Assembly: GCF_009914755.1 (NCBI RefSeq)
Contig: NC_060941.1
DNA: 64,000 bases
Reading direction: 5' to 3' (one strand)
DNA from: the human T2T-CHM13v2.0 reference genome, Homo sapiens
Part shown: piece by piece, positions 41,601 to 53,600 of the stretch
How positions within the stretch are numbered: the stretch's first letter is position 1
Layout of the letters: each line of letters begins with the position of its first letter
The notes under the pieces: generated by a model
What the model saw: the letters and a program-made list of their open reading frames with translations, nothing else
Told to the model about the DNA's origin: nothing
The model's database searches: none
Position numbers and translations under genes: made by a program

Positions 41601-44600
41601 GAAAGAGCAGCTATGAAACACTCTTTTTCTAGAATCTGCAAGTGGACGTTTGGAGGGCTTTGTGGTTTGTGGTGGAAAAGGAAATATCTTCACCTAAATA
41701 CTAGATAGAAGCATTCTCAGAAACTGCTTTGTGATGATTGCATTCACCTCACAGAGTTGAACATTCCTATTGATAGAGCAGTTTGGAAACACTCTTGTTG
41801 TGGAATGTGCAAGTGGAGATTTGGAGCGCTTTGAGGCCTATGGTAGTAAAGGGAATAGCTTCATAGAAAAACTAGACAGAAGCATTCTCAGAAAATACTT
41901 TGTGATGATTGAGTTTAACTCACAGAGCTGAACATTCCTTTGGATGGAGCAGGTTTGAGACACACTTTTTGTAGAATCTACAAGTGGATATTTGGACCTC
42001 TCTGAGGATTTCGTTGGAAACGGGATAACTGCACCTAACTAAACGGAAGCATTCTCAGAAACTTCTTGGTGATGTTTGCATTCAAATCCCAGAGTTGAAC
42101 CTTCCTTTGATAGTTCAGGTTTGAAACACTCTTTTTGTAGGATCTGCAAGTGGATATTTGGACCACTCTGTGGCCTTCGTTCGAAACGGGTATATCTTCG
42201 CATAAAATCTAGACAGAAGCCTTCTCAGAAACTTCTCTGTGATGATTGCATTCAACTCACAGAGTTGAACCCTCCTATGGATAGAGCAGTGTTGAAACTC
42301 TCTTTTTGTGGAATCTGCAAGTGGATACGTGGACCTCTCCGAAGATGTCTTTGGAAACGGGAATATCTTCACATAAAAACTAAACAGAAGCATTCTCAGA
42401 AACTTCTCTGTGATGTTTGTGTTCAACTCCCAGAGTTTCACATTGCTTTTCATAGAGTAGTTCTGAAACATTCTTTTCGTAGTGTCTACAAGTGGACATT
42501 TGGAGCGCTTTCAGGCCTGTGGTGGAAAACGAATTATGGTCACATAAAAACTGGAGAGAAGCATTGTCAGAAACTTCTTTGTGATGATTGCATTCAACTC
42601 ACAGAGTTGAAGGTTCCTTTTCAAAGAGCAGTTTCCAATCACTCTTTCTGTGGAATCTGCAAGTGGATATTTGGACCTATTTTGAAGATTTCGTTGGAAA
42701 CGGGAGAATCTTCACAGGAAAGCTAAACAGAAGCATTCTCAGAAACTTCTTTGTGATGCTTGCATTCAACTCACAGAGTTGAACTTTCCTTTCGAGAGAG
42801 AAGCTTTGAAACACTCTTTTTCCAGAATCTGCAAGTGGACATTTGGAGGGCTTTGAGGCCTGTGGTGGAAAAGGAATTATCTTCCCGTAAAAGCTAGATA
42901 GAAGCATTCTCAGAAACTACTTTGTGATGATTGCATTCAAGTCACAGAGTTGAACATTCCCTTTGACAGAGCAGTTTGGAAACTCTCTTTGTGTAGAATC
43001 TGCAAGTGGAGATATGGACCGCTTTGAGGCCTATGGTAGTAAAGGAAATAGCTTCATATAAAAGCTAGACAGTAGCATTCACAGAAAACTCTTGGTGACG
43101 ACTGAGTTTAACTCACAGAGCTGAACATTCCTTTGGATGGAGCAGTTTCGAAACACACTATTTGTAGAATGTGCAAGTGGATATTTAGGCCTCTCTGAGG
43201 ATTTCGTTGGAAACGGGATAAACCGCACAGAACTAAACAGAAGCATTCTCAGAACCTTCTTCGTGATGTTTGCATTCAACTCACAGTGTTGAACCTTTCT
43301 TTGATAGTTCAGGTTTGAAACGGTCTTTCTGTAGAAACTGCAAGTAGATATTTGGACCTCTCTGAGGATTTCGTTGGAAACGGGATAACCCGCACAGAAC
43401 TAAAACAGAAGCATTCTCAGAACCCTCTTCGTGATGTTTGCATTCAACTCACAGTGCTGAACCTTTCTTTGATAGTTCAGCTTTGAAACACTCTTTTTGT
43501 AGAAACTGCAAGTGGATATTTGGTCCTCTCTGAGGAATTCGTTGGAAACGGGATAAACTGCACAGAACTAAACAGAAGCATTCTCAGAACCTTCTTCGTG
43601 ATGTCTGCATTCAACTCACAGTGTGGAACCTTTCTTTGATAGTTCAGGTTTGAAACACTCTTTTTGTAGAAACTGCAAGGGGATAATTGCACTCTTTGAG
43701 GAGTACCGTAGTAAAGGAAATAACTTCCTATAAAAAGAAGACAGAAGCTTTCTCAGAAAATTCTTTGGGATGATTGAGTTGAACTCACAGAGCTGAGCAT
43801 TCCTTGCGATGTAGCAGTTTAGAAACACACTTTCTGCAGAATCTGCAAGTGCATATTTGGACCTCTGTGAGGAATTCGTTGGAAACGGGATAATTTCAGC
43901 TGACTAAACAGAAGCAGTCTCAGAATCTTCTTTGTGATGTTTGCATTCAAATCCCCGAGTTGAACTTTCCTTTCAAAGTTCACGTTTGAAACACTCTTTT
44001 TGCAGGATCTACAAGTGGATATTTGGACCACTCTGTGTCCTTCGATCGAAACGGGTATATCTTCACATGACATCTAGACAGAAGCATCCTCAGAAGCTTC
44101 TCTGTGATGACTGCATTCAACTCACGGAGTTGAACACTCCTTTTGAGAGCGCAGTTTTGAAACTCTCTTTCTGTGGCATCTGCAAGGGGACATGTAGACC
44201 TCTTTGAAGATTTCGTTGGAAACGGAATCATCTTCACATAAAAACTACACAGATGCATTCTCAGGAACTTTTTGGTGATGTTTGTATTCAACTCCCAGAG
44301 TTGAACTTTCCTTTGGAAAGAGCAGCTATGAAACACTGTTTTTCTAGAATCTGCAAGTGGACGTTTGGAGGGCTTTGTGGTTTGTGGTGGAAAAGGAAAT
44401 ATCTTCACCTAAATACTAGATAGAAGCATTCTCAGAAACTGCTTTGTGATGATTGCATTCACCTCACAGAGTTGAACATTCCTATTGATAGAGCAGTTTG
44501 GAAACACTCTTGTTGTGGAATGTGCAAGTGGAGATTTGGAGCGCTTTGAGGCCTATGGTAGTAAAGGGAATAGCTTCATAGAAAAACTAGACAGAAGCAT

Positions 44601-47600
44601 TCTCAGAAAATACTTTGTGATGATTGAGTTTAACTCACAGAGCTGAACATTCCTTTGGATGGAGCAGGTTTGAGACACACTTTTTGTAGAATCTACAAGT
44701 GGATATTTGGACCTCTCTGAGGATTTCGTTGGAAACGGGATAACTGCACCTAACTAAACGGAAGCATTCTCAGAAACTTCTTGGTGATGTTTGCATTCAA
44801 ATCCCAGAGTTGAACCTTCCTTTGATAGTTCAGGTTTGAAACACTCTTTTTGTAGGATCTGCAAGTGGATATTTGGACCACTCTGTGGCCTTCGTTCGAA
44901 ACGGGTATATCTTCGCATAAAATCTAGACAGAAGCCTTCTCAGAAACTTCTCTGTGATGATTGCATTCAACTCACAGAGTTGAACCCTCCTATGGATAGA
45001 GCAGTGTTGAAACTCTCTTTTTGTGGAATCTGCAAGTGGATACGTGGACCTCTCCGAAGATGTCTTTGGAAACGGGAATATCTTCACATAAAAACTAAAC
45101 AGAAGCATTCTCAGAAACTTCTCTGTGATGTTTGTGTTCAACTCCCAGAGTTTCACATTGCTTTTCATAGAGTAGTTCTGAAACATGCTTTTCGTAGTGT
45201 CTACAAGTGGACATTTGGAGCGCTTTCAGGCCTGTGGTGGAAAACGAATTATGGTCACATAAAAACTGGAGAGAAGCATTGTCAGAAACTTCTTTGTGAT
45301 GATTGCATTCAACTCACAGAGTTGAAGGTTCCTTTTCAAAGAGCAGTTTCCAATCACTCTTTCTGTGGAATCTGCAAGTGGATATTTGGACCTATTTTGA
45401 AGATTTCGTTGGAAACGGGAGAATCTTCACAGGAAAGCTAAACAGAAGCATTCTCAGAAACTTCTTTGTGATGCTTGCATTCAACTCACAGAGTTGAACT
45501 TTCCTTTCGAGAGAGAAGCTTTGAAACACTCTTTTTCCAGAATCTGCAAGTGGACATTTGGAGGGCTTTGAGGCCTGTGGTGGAAAAGGAATTATCTTCC
45601 CGTAAAAGCTAGATAGAAGCATTCTCAGAAACTACTTTGTGATGATTGCATTCAAGTCACAGAGTTGAACATTCCCTTTGACAGAGCAGTTTGGAAACTC
45701 TCTTTGTGTAGAATCTGCAAGTGGAGATATGGACCGCTTTGAGGCCTATGGTAGTAAAGGAAATAGCTTCATATAAAAGCTAGACAGTAGCATTCACAGA
45801 AAACTCTTGGTGACGACTGAGTTTAACTCACAGAGCTGAACATTCCTTTGGATGGAGCAGTTTCGAAACACACTATTTGTAGAATGTGCAAGTGGATATT
45901 TAGGCCTCTCTGAGGATTTCGTTGGAAACGGGATAAACCGCACAGAACTAAACAGAAGCATTCTCAGAACCTTCTTCGTGATGTTTGCATTCAACTCACA
46001 GTGTTGAACCTTTCTTTGATAGTTCAGGTTTGAAACGGTCTTTCTGTAGAAACTGCAAGTAGATATTTGGACCTCTCTGAGGATTTCGTTGGAAACGGGA
46101 TAACCCGCACAGAACTAAAACAGAAGCATTCTCAGAACCCTCTTCGTGATGTTTGCATTCAACTCACAGTGCTGAACCTTTCTTTGATAGTTCAGCTTTG
46201 AAACACTCTTTTTGTAGAAACTGCAAGTGGATATTTGGTCCTCTCTGAGCATTTCGTTGGAAACGGGATAAACTGCACAGAACTAAACAGAAGCATTCTC
46301 AGAACCTTCTTCGTGATGTCTGCATTCAACTCACAGTGTGGAACCTTTCTTTGATAGTTCAGGTTTGAAACACTCTTTTTGTAGAAACTGCAAGGGGATA
46401 ATTGCACTCTTTGAGGAGTACCGTAGTAAAGGAAATAACTTCCTATAAAAAGAAGACAGAAGCTTTCTCAGAAAATTCTTTGGGATGATTGAGTTGAACT
46501 CACAGAGCTGAGCATTCCTTGCGATGTAGCAGTTTAGAAACACACTTTCTGCAGAATCTGCAAGTGCATATTTGGACCTCTGTGAGGAATTCGTTGGAAA
46601 CGGGATAATTTCAGCTGACTAAACAGAAGCAGTCTCAGAATCTTCTTTGTGATGTTTGCATTCAAATCCCCGAGTTGAACTTTCCTTTCAAAGTTCACGT
46701 TTGAAACACTCTTTTTGCAGGATCTACAAGTGGATATTTGGACCACTCTGTGTCCTTCGATCGAAACGGGTATATCTTCACATGACATCTAGACAGAAGC
46801 ATCCTCAGAAGCTTCTCTGTGATGACTGCATTCAACTCACGGAGTTGAACACTCCTTTTGAGAGCGCAGTTTTGAAACTCTCTTTCTGTGGCATCTGCAA
46901 GGGGACATGTAGACCTCTTTGAAGATTTCGTTGGAAACGGAATCATCTTCACATAAAAACTACACAGATGCATTCTCAGGAACTTTTTGGTGATGTTTGT
47001 ATTCAACTCCCAGAGTTGAACTTTCCTTTGGAAAGAGCAGCTATGAAACACTGTTTTTCTAGAATCTGCAAGTGGACGTTTGGAGGGCTTTGTGGTTTGT
47101 GGTGGAAAAGGAAATATCTTCACCTAAATACTAGATAGAAGCATTCTCAGAAACTGCTTTGTGATGATTGCATTCACCTCACAGAGTTGAACATTCCTAT
47201 TGATAGAGCAGTTTGGAAACACTCTTGTTGTGGAATGTGCAAGTGGAGATTTGGAGCGCTTTGAGGCCTATGGTAGTAAAGGGAATAGCTTCATAGAAAA
47301 ACTAGACAGAAGCATTCTCAGAAAATACTTTGTGATGATTGAGTTTAACTCACAGAGCTGAACATTCCTTTGGATGGAGCAGGTTTGAGACACACTTTTT
47401 GTAGAATCTACAAGTGGATATTTGGACCTCTCTGAGGATTTCGTTGGAAACGGGATAACTGCACCTAACTAAACGGAAGCATTCTCAGAAACTTCTTGGT
47501 GATGTTTGCATTCAAATCCCAGAGTTGAACCTTCCTTTGATAGTTCAGGTTTGAAACACTCTTTTTGTAGGATCTGCAAGTGGATATTTGGACCACTCTG

Positions 47601-50600
47601 TGGCCTTCGTTCGAAACGGGTATATCTTCGCATAAAATCTAGACAGAAGCCTTCTCAGAAACTTCTCTGTGATGATTGCATTCAACTCACAGAGTTGAAC
47701 CCTCCTATGGATAGAGCAGTGTTGAAACTCTCTTTTTGTGGAATCTGCAAGTGGATACGTGGACCTCTCCGAAGATGTCTTTGGAAACGGGAATATCTTC
47801 ACATAAAAACTAAACAGAAGCATTCTCAGAAACTTCTCTGTGATGTTTGTGTTCAACTCCCAGAGTTTCACATTGCTTTTCATAGAGTAGTTCTGAAACA
47901 TGCTTTTCGTAGTGTCTACAAGTGGACATTTGGAGCGCTTTCAGGCCTGTGGTGGAAAACGAATTATGGTCACATAAAAACTGGAGAGAAGCATTGTCAG
48001 AAACTTCTTTGTGATGATTGCATTCAACTCACAGAGTTGAAGGTTCCTTTTCAAAGAGCAGTTTCCAATCACTCTTTCTGTGGAATCTGCAAGTGGATAT
48101 TTGGACCTATTTTGAAGATTTCGTTGGAAACGGGAGAATCTTCACAGGAAAGCTAAACAGAAGCATTCTCAGAAACTTCTTTGTGATGCTTGCATTCAAC
48201 TCACAGAGTTGAACTTTCCTTTCGAGAGAGAAGCTTTGAAACACTCTTTTTCCAGAATCTGCAAGTGGACATTTGGAGGGCTTTGAGGCCTGTGGTGGAA
48301 AAGGAATTATCTTCCCGTAAAAGCTAGATAGAAGCATTCTCAGAAACTACTTTGTGATGATTGCATTCAAGTCACAGAGTTGAACATTCCCTTTGACAGA
48401 GCAGTTTGGAAACTCTCTTTGTGTAGAATCTGCAAGTGGAGATATGGACCGCTTTGAGGCCTATGGTAGTAAAGGAAATAGCTTCATATAAAAGCTAGAC
48501 AGTAGCATTCACAGAAAACTCTTGGTGACGACTGAGTTTAACTCACAGAGCTGAACATTCCTTTGGATGGAGCAGTTTCGAAACACACTATTTGTAGAAT
48601 GTGCAAGTGGATATTTAGGCCTCTCTGAGGATTTCGTTGGAAACGGGATAAACCGCACAGAACTAAACAGAAGCATTCTCAGAACCTTCTTCGTGATGTT
48701 TGCATTCAACTCACAGTGTTGAACCTTTCTTTGATAGTTCAGGTTTGAAACGGTCTTTCTGTAGAAACTGCAAGTAGATATTTGGACCTCTCTGAGGATT
48801 TCGTTGGAAACGGGATAACCCGCACAGAACTAAAACAGAAGCATTCTCAGAACCCTCTTCGTGATGTTTGCATTCAACTCACAGTGCTGAACCTTTCTTT
48901 GATAGTTCAGCTTTGAAACACTCTTTTTGTAGAAACTGCAAGTGGATATTTGGTCCTCTCTGAGCATTTCGTTGGAAACGGGATAAACTGCACAGAACTA
49001 AACAGAAGCATTCTCAGAACCTTCTTCGTGATGTCTGCATTCAACTCACAGTGTGGAACCTTTCTTTGATAGTTCAGGTTTGAAACACTCTTTTTGTAGA
49101 AACTGCAAGGGGATAATTGCACTCTTTGAGGAGTACCGTAGTAAAGGAAATAACTTCCTATAAAAAGAAGACAGAAGCTTTCTCAGAAAATTCTTTGGGA
49201 TGATTGAGTTGAACTCACAGAGCTGAGCATTCCTTGCGATGTAGCAGTTTAGAAACACACTTTCTGCAGAATCTGCAAGTGCATATTTGGACCTCTGTGA
49301 GGAATTCGTTGGAAACGGGATAATTTCAGCTGACTAAACAGAAGCAGTCTCAGAATCTTCTTTGTGATGTTTGCATTCAAATCCCCGAGTTGAACTTTCC
49401 TTTCAAAGTTCACGTTTGAAACACTCTTTTTGCAGGATCTACAAGTGGATATTTGGACCACTCTGTGTCCTTCGATCGAAACGGGTATATCTTCACATGA
49501 CATCTAGACAGAAGCATCCTCAGAAGCTTCTCTGTGATGACTGCATTCAACTCACGGAGTTGAACACTCCTTTTGAGAGCGCAGTTTTGAAACTCTCTTT
49601 CTGTGGCATCTGCAAGGGGACATGTAGACCTCTTTGAAGATTTCGTTGGAAACGGAATCATCTTCACATAAAAACTACACAGATGCATTCTCAGGAACTT
49701 TTTGGTGATGTTTGTATTCAACTCCCAGAGTTGAACTTTCCTTTGGAAAGAGCAGCTATGAAACACTGTTTTTCTAGAATCTGCAAGTGGACGTTTGGAG
49801 GGCTTTGTGGTTTGTGGTGGAAAAGGAAATATCTTCACCTAAATACTAGATAGAAGCATTCTCAGAAACTGCTTTGTGATGATTGCATTCACCTCACAGA
49901 GTTGAACATTCCTATTGATAGAGCAGTTTGGAAACACTCTTGTTGTGGAATGTGCAAGTGGAGATTTGGAGCGCTTTGAGGCCTATGGTAGTAAAGGGAA
50001 TAGCTTCATAGAAAAACTAGACAGAAGCATTCTCAGAAAATACTTTGTGATGATTGAGTTTAACTCACAGAGCTGAACATTCCTTTGGATGGAGCAGGTT
50101 TGAGACACACTTTTTGTAGAATCTACAAGTGGATATTTGGACCTCTCTGAGGATTTCGTTGGAAACGGGATAACTGCACCTAACTAAACGGAAGCATTCT
50201 CAGAAACTTCTTGGTGATGTTTGCATTCAAATCCCAGAGTTGAACCTTCCTTTGATAGTTCAGGTTTGAAACACTCTTTTTGTAGGATCTGCAAGTGGAT
50301 ATTTGGACCACTCTGTGGCCTTCGTTCGAAACGGGTATATCTTCGCATAAAATCTAGACAGAAGCCTTCTCAGAAACTTCTCTGTGATGATTGCATTCAA
50401 CTCACAGAGTTGAACCCTCCTATGGATAGAGCAGTGTTGAAACTCTCTTTTTGTGGAATCTGCAAGTGGATACGTGGACCTCTCCGAAGATGTCTTTGGA
50501 AACGGGAATATCTTCACATAAAAACTAAACAGAAGCATTCTCAGAAACTTCTCTGTGATGTTTGTGTTCAACTCCCAGAGTTTCACATTGCTTTTCATAG

Positions 50601-53600
50601 AGTAGTTCTGAAACATGCTTTTCGTAGTGTCTACAAGTGGACATTTGGAGCGCTTTCAGGCCTGTGGTGGAAAACGAATTATGGTCACATAAAAACTGGA
50701 GAGAAGCATTGTCAGAAACTTCTTTGTGATGATTGCATTCAACTCACAGAGTTGAAGGTTCCTTTTCAAAGAGCAGTTTCCAATCACTCTTTCTGTGGAA
50801 TCTGCAAGTGGATATTTGGACCTATTTTGAAGATTTCGTTGGAAACGGGAGAATCTTCACAGGAAAGCTAAACAGAAGCATTCTCAGAAACTTCTTTGTG
50901 ATGCTTGCATTCAACTCACAGAGTTGAACTTTCCTTTCGAGAGAGAAGCTTTGAAACACTCTTTTTCCAGAATCTGCAAGTGGACATTTGGAGGGCTTTG
51001 AGGCCTGTGGTGGAAAAGGAATTATCTTCCCGTAAAAGCTAGATAGAAGCATTCTCAGAAACTACTTTGTGATGATTGCATTCAAGTCACAGAGTTGAAC
51101 ATTCCCTTTGACAGAGCAGTTTGGAAACTCTCTTTGTGTAGAATCTGCAAGTGGAGATATGGACCGCTTTGAGGCCTATGGTAGTAAAGGAAATAGCTTC
51201 ATATAAAAGCTAGACAGTAGCATTCACAGAAAACTCTTGGTGACGACTGAGTTTAACTCACAGAGCTGAACATTCCTTTGGATGGAGCAGTTTCGAAACA
51301 CACTATTTGTAGAATGTGCAAGTGGATATTTAGGCCTCTCTGAGGATTTCGTTGGAAACGGGATAAACCGCACAGAACTAAACAGAAGCATTCTCAGAAC
51401 CTTCTTCGTGATGTTTGCATTCAACTCACAGTGTTGAACCTTTCTTTGATAGTTCAGGTTTGAAACGGTCTTTCTGTAGAAACTGCAAGTAGATATTTGG
51501 ACCTCTCTGAGGATTTCGTTGGAAACGGGATAACCCGCACAGAACTAAAACAGAAGCATTCTCAGAACCCTCTTCGTGATGTTTGCATTCAACTCACAGT
51601 GCTGAACCTTTCTTTGATAGTTCAGCTTTGAAACACTCTTTTTGTAGAAACTGCAAGTGGATATTTGGTCCTCTCTGAGCATTTCGTTGGAAACGGGATA
51701 AACTGCACAGAACTAAACAGAAGCATTCTCAGAACCTTCTTCGTGATGTCTGCATTCAACTCACAGTGTGGAACCTTTCTTTGATAGTTCAGGTTTGAAA
51801 CACTCTTTTTGTAGAAACTGCAAGGGGATAATTGCACTCTTTGAGGAGTACCGTAGTAAAGGAAATAACTTCCTATAAAAAGAAGACAGAAGCTTTCTCA
51901 GAAAATTCTTTGGGATGATTGAGTTGAACTCACAGAGCTGAGCATTCCTTGCGATGTAGCAGTTTAGAAACACACTTTCTGCAGAATCTGCAAGTGCATA
52001 TTTGGACCTCTGTGAGGAATTCGTTGGAAACGGGATAATTTCAGCTGACTAAACAGAAGCAGTCTCAGAATCTTCTTTGTGATGTTTGCATTCAAATCCC
52101 CGAGTTGAACTTTCCTTTCAAAGTTCACGTTTGAAACACTCTTTTTGCAGGATCTACAAGTGGATATTTGGACCACTCTGTGTCCTTCGATCGAAACGGG
52201 TATATCTTCACATGACATCTAGACAGAAGCATCCTCAGAAGCTTCTCTGTGATGACTGCATTCAACTCACGGAGTTGAACACTCCTTTTGAGAGCGCAGT
52301 TTTGAAACTCTCTTTCTGTGGCATCTGCAAGGGGACATGTAGACCTCTTTGAAGATTTCGTTGGAAACGGAATCATCTTCACATAAAAACTACACAGATG
52401 CATTCTCAGGAACTTTTTGGTGATGTTTGTATTCAACTCCCAGAGTTGAACTTTCCTTTGGAAAGAGCAGCTATGAAACACTGTTTTTCTAGAATCTGCA
52501 AGTGGACGTTTGGAGGGCTTTGTGGTTTGTGGTGGAAAAGGAAATATCTTCACCTAAATACTAGATAGAAGCATTCTCAGAAACTGCTTTGTGATGATTG
52601 CATTCACCTCACAGAGTTGAACATTCCTATTGATAGAGCAGTTTGGAAACACTCTTGTTGTGGAATGTGCAAGTGGAGATTTGGAGCGCTTTGAGGCCTA
52701 TGGTAGTAAAGGGAATAGCTTCATAGAAAAACTAGACAGAAGCATTCTCAGAAAATACTTTGTGATGATTGAGTTTAACTCACAGAGCTGAACATTCCTT
52801 TGGATGGAGCAGGTTTGAGACACACTTTTTGTAGAATCTACAAGTGGATATTTGGACCTCTCTGAGGATTTCGTTGGAAACGGGATAACTGCACCTAACT
52901 AAACGGAAGCATTCTCAGAAACTTCTTGGTGATGTTTGCATTCAAATCCCAGAGTTGAACCTTCCTTTGATAGTTCAGGTTTGAAACACTCTTTTTGTAG
53001 GATCTGCAAGTGGATATTTGGACCACTCTGTGGCCTTCGTTCGAAACGGGTATATCTTCGCATAAAATCTAGACAGAAGCCTTCTCAGAAACTTCTCTGT
53101 GATGATTGCATTCAACTCACAGAGTTGAACCCTCCTATGGATAGAGCAGTGTTGAAACTCTCTTTTTGTGGAATCTGCAAGTGGATACGTGGACCTCTCC
53201 GAAGATGTCTTTGGAAACGGGAATATCTTCACATAAAAACTAAACAGAAGCATTCTCAGAAACTTCTCTGTGATGTTTGTGTTCAACTCCCAGAGTTTCA
53301 CATTGCTTTTCATAGAGTAGTTCTGAAACATGCTTTTCGTAGTGTCTACAAGTGGACATTTGGAGCGCTTTCAGGCCTGTGGTGGAAAACGAATTATGGT
53401 CACATAAAAACTGGAGAGAAGCATTGTCAGAAACTTCTTTGTGATGATTGCATTCAACTCACAGAGTTGAAGGTTCCTTTTCAAAGAGCAGTTTCCAATC
53501 ACTCTTTCTGTGGAATCTGCAAGTGGATATTTGGACCTATTTTGAAGATTTCGTTGGAAACGGGAGAATCTTCACAGGAAAGCTAAACAGAAGCATTCTC

